Positions 1-8,344 of a stretch of DNA of 31,825 nucleotides are shown one piece after another. The DNA is taken from assembly GCA_030613665.1 (NCBI GenBank), contig JAUWLN010000001.1, positions 1 through 31,825 of the forward strand, given 5' to 3'. The DNA comes from Dehalococcoidia bacterium (GTDB taxonomy: Bacteria; Chloroflexota; Dehalococcoidia; Dehalococcoidales; RBG-16-60-22). The notes below the pieces were generated by a model. That model was not told where the DNA came from. It saw only the letters and a program-made list of their open reading frames with translations, and did no database searches. Position 1 is the stretch's first letter; each line of letters starts with the position of its first letter. A program made the position numbers and the translations under genes.

Positions 1-552
1 TATGGAGAAAAACTCCGCCGGGCTGGCCGCGTTGCGACTGAAAATACCCCTGATGGCGGAAGTAAGGACGTTGGCGCCCGGTTTCTTGATGCCGCGCATA
101 ATCATGCAGAGGTGCTCCGCCTGAATAACCACCGCCACCCCTGCCGGTTTAATGGCCTCCATAATGGTATCGGCAATTTCCGTGGTCATTCGTTCCTGAA
201 GCTGGGGTCGCCTGGAGATTACCTCCACCACGCGGGCCAGCTTGCTTATGCCGACTATCCGGCCTTCTTCATTGGGGATGTAGCCGATATGGGCCCCGCC
301 GTAGAAGGGCAGCAGATGGTGCTCGCACATCGAGTAAAACGGGATATCCCGCAGCACCACCATCTCACGGTGGCCGAGCTCGAAGCCGACCTTTAACTCC
401 GCCTTGGGGTCCTGTTTCAGGCCGCTAAACAGCTCGGCGTACATCTCGGCGACCCGTTCCGGCGTATCTAATAGACCTTCTCGCTTCGGGTCTTCCCCTA
501 TGGCTTCTATAATGTCCTTAATCGCCTTCCTGATTTTGGCCTCGTTAAACAT
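1..552 (-). CDS. folE: GTP cyclohydrolase I (3' end runs off the window; missed by the ORF track)
   Basis: Manual translation of the minus strand from ATG 552 (AGGAGG RBS 5 nt upstream): [38 protein letters not shown]...[12 protein letters not shown]...[10 protein letters not shown]...[10 protein letters not shown]...[14 protein letters not shown]. These are the CEHH and HLCM zinc motifs of FolE. No stop inside the window. Confidence 0.96.
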   Translation of the reverse strand, partial: MFNEAKIRKAIKDIIEAIGEDPKREGLLDTPERVAEMYAELFSGLKQDPKAELKVGFELGHREMVVLRDIPFYSMCEHHLLPFYGGAHIGYIPNEEGRIVGISKLARVVEVISRRPQLQERMTTEIADTIMEAIKPAGVAVVIQAEHLCMIMRGIKKPGANVLTSAIRGIFSRNAASPAEFFSI

Positions 553-575
553 CATCGCCTCCTGAAACGAGCTGG

Positions 576-1631
576 TTATCCCCAGCCCAGCGCCTTCTCC
601 ATCTCCGTGATATCCGGCGGCAAATGGAGGAAGGGCGGGGCGTCTTTCAGAGCGGTATCGGTATCTTTCAGCCCGGTGCCGGTGATTACGCAGGCAACTC
701 TTTTCCCGGAAAAATCCCTTCCCTGACGGGAAAGTTTGACCAGTCCGGCAAAGGAAGCCGCTGATGCCGGCTCGCCAAATATGCCGGCTCTGGTGGAGAG
801 AAGCTTTTGAGCCGCCATGATTTCCGCATCGCTGACCGTGTCGATGATGCCACCGGATTCATCACGCGCGGCTACCGCTTTCTGCCAGCTGGCCGGGTTG
901 CCGATGCGTATCGCTGTAGCCACCGTTTCCGGCTTTTCAATGGGATGCCCGTGAACGATGGGCGCGGCACCTTCCGCCTGGAATCCCATCAGCACCGGCT
1001 TTTGACTGGCCTTCCCGAGTTCCTGGTATTCCTTAAAACCCTTCCAGTAGGCCGTGATGTTGCCGGCATTGCCTACGGGAATGAACAGGTAGTCAGGGGC
1101 GTCGCCCAGGATATCAATGATTTCAAAAGAAGCCGTCTTCTGCCCTTCGATGCGGTACGGGTTAACGGAGTTCACCAGTGTGACCGGGTGCTTCTCGGTA
1201 AGCTCGCGTACAATCTGCAGCGCCTGGTCAAAGTTGCCGTCGATGGTCAGGATTTTGGCGCCGTAGACAATCGCCTGCGCCAGCTTGCCGAGGGCGATTT
1301 TGCCCTCGGGCACAACAATGATTGCCGTCAGGCCGCAGTAGGCAGCGTAGGCAGCGGCGGAGGCGCTGGTATTTCCGGTGGAGGCGCACATGATGGCCTG
1401 GCTCTTCTCTTCAATTGCCTTGGCCACGGCCACGACCATGCCCCGGTCCTTGAATGAGCCGGTGGGATTACACCCTTCCAGTTTGAAGTAGAGCTCCCCA
1501 CAGCCGATTTCCTTCGCCAGCGGGTCGCACCTGACGAGCGGGGTATCTCCTTCCCCCAGAGAAAAGAGCGGCGTTTTGGGGGTGATGGGGAGGAGGTCTT
1601 TGTATTTGTAGAGGACGCCTGTTTTCACCAT
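576..1631 (-). CDS. thrC: Threonine synthase (fold-type II PLP enzyme)
   Basis: [18 protein letters not shown]-lysine motif, [36 protein letters not shown]; lies directly downstream of hom. Confidence 0.95.
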   Translation of the reverse strand: MVKTGVLYKYKDLLPITPKTPLFSLGEGDTPLVRCDPLAKEIGCGELYFKLEGCNPTGSFKDRGMVVAVAKAIEEKSQAIMCASTGNTSASAAAYAAYCGLTAIIVVPEGKIALGKLAQAIVYGAKILTIDGNFDQALQIVRELTEKHPVTLVNSVNPYRIEGQKTASFEIIDILGDAPDYLFIPVGNAGNITAYWKGFKEYQELGKASQKPVLMGFQAEGAAPIVHGHPIEKPETVATAIRIGNPASWQKAVAARDESGGIIDTVSDAEIMAAQKLLSTRAGIFGEPASAASFAGLVKLSRQGRDFSGKRVACVITGTGLKDTDTALKDAPPFLHLPPDITEMEKALGWG

Positions 1632-1659
1632 CGAACGGAACTCCTGGTTTGAATTTCGG

Positions 1660-2964
1660 TTAAATTTCTTCCACGCGGATGAAGTTGCTTATCTCCCTGA
1701 CCGCCTCGAGCTGTTCAATATGATGCAAAGCCTGCTGCATCGCTTTCTCGGTCGATGGGTGGGTGGTCAGGACGATTTCCGCCGTCTGGGCGGTGTCATC
1801 TGTTTCCTTCTGAATCGCCGAGGCGATGCTTATCCTGTTGTCGCCCAGTATTTTTGAAATCTGGGCCAGCACACCGGGACGGTCGGCGCAGTTCAACCGG
1901 AGGTAATACTGGGTTTCAATCTCATCCATGGGCTTGAGCCGTTTTCCTGACTCCGGTTTCCATTTCAGCCGGTTGCCTACGCCAGAGATGATGTCCTGTG
2001 CCGAGGCCACGACATCGGCGACCACGGCGCTGCTGGTAGCCAGCGGACCGGCCCCCTGCCCGTAGAAAAGCACCTTGCCGATGAGGTCGCCTTCCACCAG
2101 AATGCCGTTGTAGACGCCGTCGACCTTGGCCAGAAGCGAGTCCTCCGAGATGAAAACCGGGTGTACCCGGACTTCAATGGAATTATCAATGCGTTTAGCA
2201 ATGGCCAGGAGTTTAATGGCAAAGCCCAGTTCCCGGGCGTAGCGGAAATCGCGGCTGCCAATACGGGAAATACCTTCCCGGTAAATGTCCTCCGGCTTGA
2301 CCACGGTCTGAAAGGCCAGCGAGGCCATGATGGCCAGCTTGTAGTTGGCGTCAATACCCTCGATGTCATTGACGGGATTGGCCTCGGCATAGCCCAGTTC
2401 CTGGGCGCTCTTCAGTGCTGTGGGGAAGTCAATGCCTTCACGCGCCATGCGGGTGAGGATGTAATTGGTCGTCCCGTTGATAATGGCGTAAATGCCGGTA
2501 ATATCATTGGCCACCAGGTCATGCTGGAACGGCGTAATCAGCGGGATGCCGCCGCCGACGCTGGCCTCGTAGCGCAGTCCAACCCCATGCTGCTGGGCCA
2601 GTGCCTGCAGTTCGGCACCGTGCTTGGCAATAACTTCCTTGTTTGAGGTTACCACGTACCTGCCGCTGGTGATTGACCGTTTCAGAAAGTCCCGGGCCGG
2701 GTTCTCGCCACCGATTGCCTCTACTATAATGTCGATGCCCGGGTCATTGAAAAACTCGTCATCGTCCGTGGTGAAAAGGGCGGTGGGTATTTCTTTAGCC
2801 AGTGGCCTCTTCAGGTCTTCGGGCAGCACTTTTATCTTGCGCAGGACCAGGGAGCAGCCAGCCTGCTCGGCGAGCATTTCTGCTTTTTCCGTCAGGACCC
2901 TGGCCACCTGCCCCCCGATTATTCCCAGTCCCATCAGGCCAATGCCAATGCTTCTCTTTTCCAT
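1660..2964 (-). CDS. hom: Homoserine dehydrogenase with C-terminal ACT domain
   Basis: GLMGLGIIGG Rossmann motif, VVTSNK, YEASVGGGIP, NGTTNYIL, AQELGYAEANP.NDIEG.DA..KL, ACT motif DRPGVLAQI. Start set at MEKRSIG (ATG 2964), because the ORF-track start overlaps the upstream gene. Confidence 0.95.
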   Translation of the reverse strand: MEKRSIGIGLMGLGIIGGQVARVLTEKAEMLAEQAGCSLVLRKIKVLPEDLKRPLAKEIPTALFTTDDDEFFNDPGIDIIVEAIGGENPARDFLKRSITSGRYVVTSNKEVIAKHGAELQALAQQHGVGLRYEASVGGGIPLITPFQHDLVANDITGIYAIINGTTNYILTRMAREGIDFPTALKSAQELGYAEANPVNDIEGIDANYKLAIMASLAFQTVVKPEDIYREGISRIGSRDFRYARELGFAIKLLAIAKRIDNSIEVRVHPVFISEDSLLAKVDGVYNGILVEGDLIGKVLFYGQGAGPLATSSAVVADVVASAQDIISGVGNRLKWKPESGKRLKPMDEIETQYYLRLNCADRPGVLAQISKILGDNRISIASAIQKETDDTAQTAEIVLTTHPSTEKAMQQALHHIEQLEAVREISNFIRVEEI

Positions 2965-2989
2965 GCCGCCTCTTACCTCGCTACTTGTT

Positions 2990-4249
2990 TTAGCCTCTGG
3001 CTGCCTGCTCAATCGCCCAGGATTTTTTCTCAGCATCAAGAGAGTTAATGATTTCGTTGCCCTCGTCGTCTAACAGCGCTGCCATCCACTCATCAAAGGC
3101 TTTGGTCTTCAGGTAGTCCCTGTATTCGGTAGAGATGCGCCTGTCGGCATCCTGGGCAGGAATCTCTATCAGCCAGTAACCGCCCTTGGTTGTTGTCGTT
3201 TCATCACGCAGCGGCTCGCTTATCACGCCCGGTTCCGTTTCCGCAGCATGGGCATATTCATCAACCAGCCCGCTCATCTCACCCGGTGAAACCAGGTATT
3301 CCCCTTCATCGGAGGCAGCGCCTTGCATCTGGGAATGTTCTACCGCCAGGGGACCCCACTCCTCTCCAGCCTCCAGTTGACGTTTGATGTCTTGTGCCTC
3401 TTCTTCGTTGCTGAGGAGCATTACCTGAATATGGGTTTCTTCTTCCTCTTCATCCCTGTCCAGGACTCTGACCAGCCAGTAGCCGACCCATTTCTGGGCT
3501 TCGTCATCGTAAATTGGCTGGCTCAATTCCCCCACCCTTTGACTGAAAATATCATCGACAATTGAAGTCTGCAACATCTCTTGCAGAATAACTCTGGGTA
3601 CCCAGCCCAGGTCGCCCCCTCTACTTCTGGAAACTGGCTCAAGGCTCAACTCTTCGGCAAGTTCGCCGAAGTCTTCTCCATCTTCCAGCCGGCTCCTGAT
3701 GTCCAGAGCCTGTGACTCGCTCTCCAGCATCATTGCCGTTACCTGCCTCTGTTCGGCAAACAGGGGTACCTGGGAGTCGAAATGTGCACTCAGCAAGCGG
3801 TCGGTTAACAACTGCTGCCTGATCAGGTTACGATAGACCTCTTTATCAGGCAGGTCGTTTTCTCTGAGTTCCTTTACAACGTCTTCGTCGGCGATGCTGA
3901 ACCCAAGTTCCAGGGCGCCCTGTCTGAGGAGTTCATAGCGCTGTATATTTTGCAGGGCGCTATCGGCAACATATGAGAGGTCAGATACCGAATGATAAGC
4001 GCCTTCCAGTTTCAACATTTCCACATAATAATCCATGGCGAATTCAGTGCCATTCACCTTGATGACCGTCTCTCGCATTGGCTTGAACTGGCCGAGATAC
4101 CAGCCAATGCCCGCGACGGCAAGCGCCAGAACGATGACGAAGATGCCCGACGCCATGATTATGCGCTGTCGTTTTTTCTGCCGCTCCCAGCGTGAAATCT
4201 GTCGCGGCGTCAGTATATGCTGTGGTTTCTCCGGTTTTTTCTTGGACAA
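2990..4249 (-). CDS. Membrane-anchored PrsA/SurA-like foldase with two parvulin (PpiC-type) domains
   Basis: Basic N-terminus, TM segment (IIMASGIFVIVLALAVAGIGWYL), SurA_N-like helical region, then GEDFGELAEELSLE..S..RGGDLGW and a second LEAGEEWGPLAVEHS...GEY domain; TTG start. Confidence 0.8.
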   Translation of the reverse strand: MSKKKPEKPQHILTPRQISRWERQKKRQRIIMASGIFVIVLALAVAGIGWYLGQFKPMRETVIKVNGTEFAMDYYVEMLKLEGAYHSVSDLSYVADSALQNIQRYELLRQGALELGFSIADEDVVKELRENDLPDKEVYRNLIRQQLLTDRLLSAHFDSQVPLFAEQRQVTAMMLESESQALDIRSRLEDGEDFGELAEELSLEPVSRSRGGDLGWVPRVILQEMLQTSIVDDIFSQRVGELSQPIYDDEAQKWVGYWLVRVLDRDEEEEETHIQVMLLSNEEEAQDIKRQLEAGEEWGPLAVEHSQMQGAASDEGEYLVSPGEMSGLVDEYAHAAETEPGVISEPLRDETTTTKGGYWLIEIPAQDADRRISTEYRDYLKTKAFDEWMAALLDDEGNEIINSLDAEKKSWAIEQAARG

Positions 4250-4292
4250 GTCTACACCCTTCTTTTCATCATAATGACGAAATACTCTTATA

Positions 4293-4321
4293 TTTATAAC
4301 GTAAAAGCGTCATCTTTTCAA
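4293..4321 (-). promoter_or_regulatory. Putative sigma70 promoter of the foldase gene
   Basis: Minus strand TTGAAA (4321-4316), 17 bp, TATAAA (4298-4293), about 45 nt upstream of the start codon. Confidence 0.5.
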
Positions 4322-4366
4322 ATGTGAACTGGGACCGTCTCTACCGGCAACTGTATCGACGGTGCA

Positions 4367-5075
4367 TTAACCTACAATCAGACAATATATTTTAGCGCAT
4401 CTGCAACAGAATTTTAATGGCTGATTAGCCGCGGTCAGACGCTTGTAAATGGTTTTGAGCCCTGCCAGTTTGACGTCACCAAACCCGATTGCCTCAGTCT
4501 TATAGATGGCGAAGGTTAAAAGATAGGCGAGCAAAAGGAATAGAAATCCCATCGCTCCTCCCATCAAGCTGCTGACAATGCCCCCCCCAGGGCCAGGCAA
4601 AGTTCAGGGCAATCAGCTCTGGCGGAGGTTGAAAGATGGCAATGACCGGTGCCAGCGCCATCGCGGGGTAGGAAATCTTATTCAGTATAAGCTGGTGTTC
4701 CAGGTCGATGAAGCCGATGACGAGAAACAGGCAGCCGTAGAAGACGATGACGGCGAACGAAACGCTTAATCCAAAATACCAGTCGCTCAGGCCGAAATAC
4801 CAGTAGCTCAGGGCAAAAAGCAGGCCCGTGCCCAGTTCCACCCAGAAAGGCCTCCAGGGAATGAGCGCTCCGCAGTACCGGCAGCGGCGGCGCAGCCACA
4901 GGTAGCTGAAAACGGGTACCAGGTCGGCGGGTGACAGCCGGTGCTGGCACGAGTCGCAGTGTGAAGGCGGACGAAGTATAGACCTGTCCGCGGGCAGGCG
5001 GTCGATGCACACGTTCAGGAAACTGCCCAGGACCGTGCCGAATAGGGCGAAGATGATAACCAGCGCGGTATCCAT
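4367..5075 (-). pseudogene. pilD: Prepilin peptidase (A24, PilD-like), frameshifted in a G8 tract and C-terminally abnormal
   Basis: ORF 4500-5075 has GSFLNVCIDRLP, CxxC...CxxC (CDSC, CRYC) and IDLE. ORF 4367-4600 carries the second catalytic motif GFGDVKLAG. The frames join by removing one G from G8 at 4581-4588. Sequence after KLAGL does not resemble the usual TM/PFGPFL end. Confidence 0.85.
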
Positions 5076-5083
5076 TTTGACGT

Positions 5084-5112
5084 ATTCTGAGCGTTTTTCC
5101 TCCGTTCGTCAA
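5084..5112 (-). promoter_or_regulatory. Putative sigma70 promoter, possibly giving a leaderless pilD mRNA
   Basis: Minus strand TTGACG (5112-5107), 17 bp, CAGAAT (5089-5084), 8 nt, ATG (5075); no SD in between. Confidence 0.45.
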
Positions 5113-5115
5113 GCT

Positions 5116-5154
5116 ACAAAAGAATTGTCCCCTCCCGGGAGAGCGGAAGGGGAC
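5116..5154 (-). terminator. Putative intrinsic terminator after pilT
   Basis: Minus strand GTCCCCTTCCG-CTCTCC-CGGGAGGGGAC, an 11-bp stem with one G-U pair, followed by AATTCTTTTGT. Confidence 0.6.
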
Positions 5155-5230
5155 GTGAATAGAAGGAGACGACCGTGCATGAACACGGTCTGCATCAGCA
5201 TTACTTTTTGCCTGTCGGGCAGGCCTTACG

Positions 5231-6301
5231 TTATTCCACCTCCGCCTTGCCCATAAGCTTGGCTATTTCCTCGCGGTCGTTGCAGAAGGAAAAGAGGCTG
5301 TCGCTACTGATGACACCACTGCGGTGAAGGTTTATCAGGGCGTGGTCGAGCAGCACCATGCCCGTGTGGGTCTGCGTCACTATGGTATTGGGCAGCTGGT
5401 GGATTCTACCCTCACGGATGATGTTTTTGACTGCCGGATTGGCCATCATGATTTCGACGGCGGCAATTCTCCCCGTGCCGTCAACTCTGGGGACCAGCGA
5501 CTGGCATAAAATGCCGATGAGCAGGGATGCCAGCCGTGTCTGGGCGAGGTGTCGTTCGCGGGGGGGGAAAAGGTCGATGATTCGCTCCACAGCCTGCGCA
5601 GCGCTCGTGGCATGCCCGGTGGTCAGGACCAGATGGCCGGTCTCGGCCACGGTAAGCACGGCCGCGGCTGTTTCCAGGTCTCGCATCTCGCCCACCAGAA
5701 TGACATCGGGGTCCTGCCGCAGTATATGCTTCAGCGCATCCGCAAACGACAGGGTGTCCCCGCCCAGTTCACGCTGTGTGATGGTACACTTGTTGTTGAC
5801 ATAAACGTATTCAATCGGGTCCTCAAGGGTAATCACCCGCTTGCTATCCATTGAGTTCAGGTAATTTATCATTGCGGACAGCGTGGTGGACTTTCCGCTA
5901 CCACTGGGCCCGCTGACCACCACCAGCCCTCTGGGCTTCATGATAAGGTCCCTGCATACCTCAGGCAATCCCAGGTCTTCAAGCGTGGGAATGCCCAGGG
6001 GTATCAGCCTGATGGCGAGGGCAAGGGTGCCGCGCTGTTTGGACGCGTTGCAACGCATCCGGCCGACATCGGGCAGCGTGTAGCCGAAATCAAGTTCCAG
6101 GCGATTGTGAAAATCGGCTCTCTCTTTCTCCGATGTAATCTGCTCGAAGGCCTGCGCAATGTCATCGGGTATCAGAAGTGGCATGTCAGCCTCGGGCTGA
6201 AGCAGACCATCGATGCGAAAAATGGGAGCGTTATCTGCCACCAGATGCAAATCCGAGGCGCCTCTCTCGGCCGCTAATCGAACCAGGGCAAATATATCCA
6301 T
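5231..6301 (-). CDS. pilT: Type IV pilus retraction ATPase PilT/PilU family
   Basis: ASDLHL, Walker A GPSGSGKSTT, TLEDPIE, LRQDPDVILVGEMRDLET, TGHLV and AVKNIIRE (variant of AIRNLIRE). Start set at MDIFAL (ATG 6301), just after the pilMN stop. Confidence 0.93.
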   Translation of the reverse strand: MDIFALVRLAAERGASDLHLVADNAPIFRIDGLLQPEADMPLLIPDDIAQAFEQITSEKERADFHNRLELDFGYTLPDVGRMRCNASKQRGTLALAIRLIPLGIPTLEDLGLPEVCRDLIMKPRGLVVVSGPSGSGKSTTLSAMINYLNSMDSKRVITLEDPIEYVYVNNKCTITQRELGGDTLSFADALKHILRQDPDVILVGEMRDLETAAAVLTVAETGHLVLTTGHATSAAQAVERIIDLFPPRERHLAQTRLASLLIGILCQSLVPRVDGTGRIAAVEIMMANPAVKNIIREGRIHQLPNTIVTQTHTGMVLLDHALINLHRSGVISSDSLFSFCNDREEIAKLMGKAEVE

Positions 6302-6305
6302 GAGC

Positions 6306-7760
6306 TCACTCTCCCCCGCCAAGAATGACATTGAAATCCGTGTAACCCGCAACCGTTTTCCTGAGGTTGGTTATGGTGATGCTGGAGAACCGTTCGCTTT
6401 CCTCCAGTTCTCTCAGGTATGAAAGGACGTCCGTTTCGGATGGGGCACGTCCAGAGATAGTCAGGGTTTCCCGGTTCTGGTTGATACTGGTCAGGCTCAC
6501 CGTTTCCGGCAGGCTGTTGACCGTCACTATAAGGTTGCCATTTACCGCTTCGCTCTGCGTTTCCAGGCTCGATACGGCCAGGGCAAAATTACCGCCGGAG
6601 GCCTCGGCACTGGTGATTTCCTTCTGGAGTTCGGCAATGGCATCGGCGTATATCTGCTTCTGGGCCATTTTCTGCTGCAGGAGCTGATTGGTGGCATTCA
6701 ACTGGGTCCGTGTTTCGGCAATATCGGTGAATGTGCTTTGTGTTATAAATGCCAGGAATAGAAGCAGGCCGATGGCGACGACCGCGCCGGGCACTGCCAG
6801 GATTCTGGTGAGTGAAATGGGCTCCGGTTGATAAACCACGGGCAGTACGTTAAGCTCGTTGACCAGAAGCCCGGAGCCGTTTGTCGGGGCGATTTTCTTT
6901 AGAACCAGCCCCATGTTTGCCGTATAAAGATTCGGGTCAAGTCCATCCGGACTCTCGAAAGGCGGCGATAGAGGCAGAACCGGTCGGCTGAGCCCGTCTG
7001 ATAACGCCTGGCACTGTTCGGCTTCACCGGCCAGTTCCCCGGAAGTAAGCACGGGCAGTGTGGCGGCAAGAGGCGTTTCAGGGTTGTTGGTGTTGTAGAA
7101 TTCAATGGTCCGGCTCACGTCATCTTTTATCTGCGAAATCTTCTCTGGCCAGGATAGGGCTTCATTGGAGAAAGGCACGGTGCGGATGGGCTGTGGAATG
7201 CCGACGCCCATGATAACGATGTCAAACTCGTTGGGCTGAACATCCACGATGACTGCCATCGTGTCATTCACCATTCTGGCCAGGAGCATCGGTTTCAGGT
7301 CCATCAGGTCGGACTTGAGACCGGCCAGCCGCAGAGTGTTGAACAAAGCATCGGCGGCGGTGCGGGGGATGGCCACCAGGAAGACCTGAAGTTTTCCCTC
7401 CGGTGCGGGGATTGATTGCCATTGGAGATAAAGCTGCTCGGAAGAAACCGGCAGTACCCGGTTTGCCTCCCGCCTTACCGCCTCCTCCAGCATATCTTTT
7501 GGCATCTGAGGCAGGATAATCGGTCGGGTGAGGCAGTGCAGGCCGCTGATGCCAAGAGTAACCTTTTTCGAGCCTATCTTCCGGACTTTGAAAAGCTGCT
7601 TTATTTTAGCGGCAACCTCTTCCTGTTTCAGCACCACGGCATTTTTCACCATGCCCGGGTCCAAAGCTACATCCGCCCATTTCTTTATCCGTTTGCCGCT
7701 GGTTACCAGGAGACGGATGCTGGTATCATCGATGTATAAGGTGACTACTTTCTGTGCCAT
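6306..7760 (-). CDS. PilM-like actin-fold domain fused to a TM, coiled coil and PilN-like domain
   Basis: N-terminal VVTLYIDDTSIRLL (PilM-type), central IIVDVQ...DIVI, TM (ILAVPGAVVAIGLLLFLAFI), coiled coil, and C-terminal SLTSINQNRETLTISGRAPSETDVLSYLRELEESERF (PilN-type); sits inside the pil cluster. Confidence 0.8.
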   Translation of the reverse strand: MAQKVVTLYIDDTSIRLLVTSGKRIKKWADVALDPGMVKNAVVLKQEEVAAKIKQLFKVRKIGSKKVTLGISGLHCLTRPIILPQMPKDMLEEAVRREANRVLPVSSEQLYLQWQSIPAPEGKLQVFLVAIPRTAADALFNTLRLAGLKSDLMDLKPMLLARMVNDTMAVIVDVQPNEFDIVIMGVGIPQPIRTVPFSNEALSWPEKISQIKDDVSRTIEFYNTNNPETPLAATLPVLTSGELAGEAEQCQALSDGLSRPVLPLSPPFESPDGLDPNLYTANMGLVLKKIAPTNGSGLLVNELNVLPVVYQPEPISLTRILAVPGAVVAIGLLLFLAFITQSTFTDIAETRTQLNATNQLLQQKMAQKQIYADAIAELQKEITSAEASGGNFALAVSSLETQSEAVNGNLIVTVNSLPETVSLTSINQNRETLTISGRAPSETDVLSYLRELEESERFSSITITNLRKTVAGYTDFNVILGGGE

Positions 7761-7763
7761 CGC

Positions 7764-8321
7764 TTAGCTTTCCTCGTAGACATAAACTACCATCTGTATG
7801 CTGGCGGAGAGCGTTGTATTATCGGCCGGATAAGGTATCTGGACGTCAAATGAATTGACTTCGGTGATAGGATAGTCACCATTAAGTTCGGTGACGAAAT
7901 CAACCAGCCGGTTTAACTCTCCCTCGACACTGGCGGTGACCGGCAGGGCCAGGCAGGGAACACCTTCCAGAGTCACCTGGTTCGCGACCGAAGAGCTTAT
8001 GGCGGTGATATTCACGCTGTTGGCCTCGGCCGTGCTGAACAGCATATCACTGACGATGATGCTGTTCATCGGCTGGGAAAGCGTTTCCCGGGCAGTTTCA
8101 GACTGCGCCAGCGTTTTGTCCAGCTGCTGCTCAAGTTCCCCCGGTTTTTTCGCGAGCTGCTCGAGCTCAATCGAACTCAGCTTTGAATTGAGCAGGGTAA
8201 GCTCTTCCTTCAGCTGTTTCTCCACACCGGACTGCTGTGAGTAGACCGTCCACAGGCCCACCAGGCCGATGAGAAACAACCCGATGGAGATAAACACCCA
8301 GCTTTTTTTACTCAGTTTCAC
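7764..8321 (-). CDS. PilO/GspM-like membrane assembly protein
   Basis: N-terminal TM, coiled coil, then ferredoxin-like pattern LPVTASVEGELNRLVDFVTEL...ASIQMVVY; GTG start; adjacent to pilMN. Confidence 0.65.
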   Translation of the reverse strand: MKLSKKSWVFISIGLFLIGLVGLWTVYSQQSGVEKQLKEELTLLNSKLSSIELEQLAKKPGELEQQLDKTLAQSETARETLSQPMNSIIVSDMLFSTAEANSVNITAISSSVANQVTLEGVPCLALPVTASVEGELNRLVDFVTELNGDYPITEVNSFDVQIPYPADNTTLSASIQMVVYVYEES

Positions 8322-8344
8322 TCTTTACTCCGCAAAGTCGTCAG

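Noticed and set aside
112-396. 94-aa plus-strand ORF
   Set aside because: Antisense shadow of folE, which is clearly encoded on the minus strand.
807-1457. 216-aa plus-strand ORF, and similar long antisense ORFs at 2161-2646, 2624-3073, 12363-13025, 13460-13909 and 15266-15862
   Set aside because: All lie opposite well-supported genes, have no motifs, and are expected from codon bias in GC-rich DNA.
2965-3039. N-terminal extension of hom given by the ORF track
   Set aside because: Overlaps the foldase 3' end; MEKRSIG at 2964 has an RBS and matches the family start.
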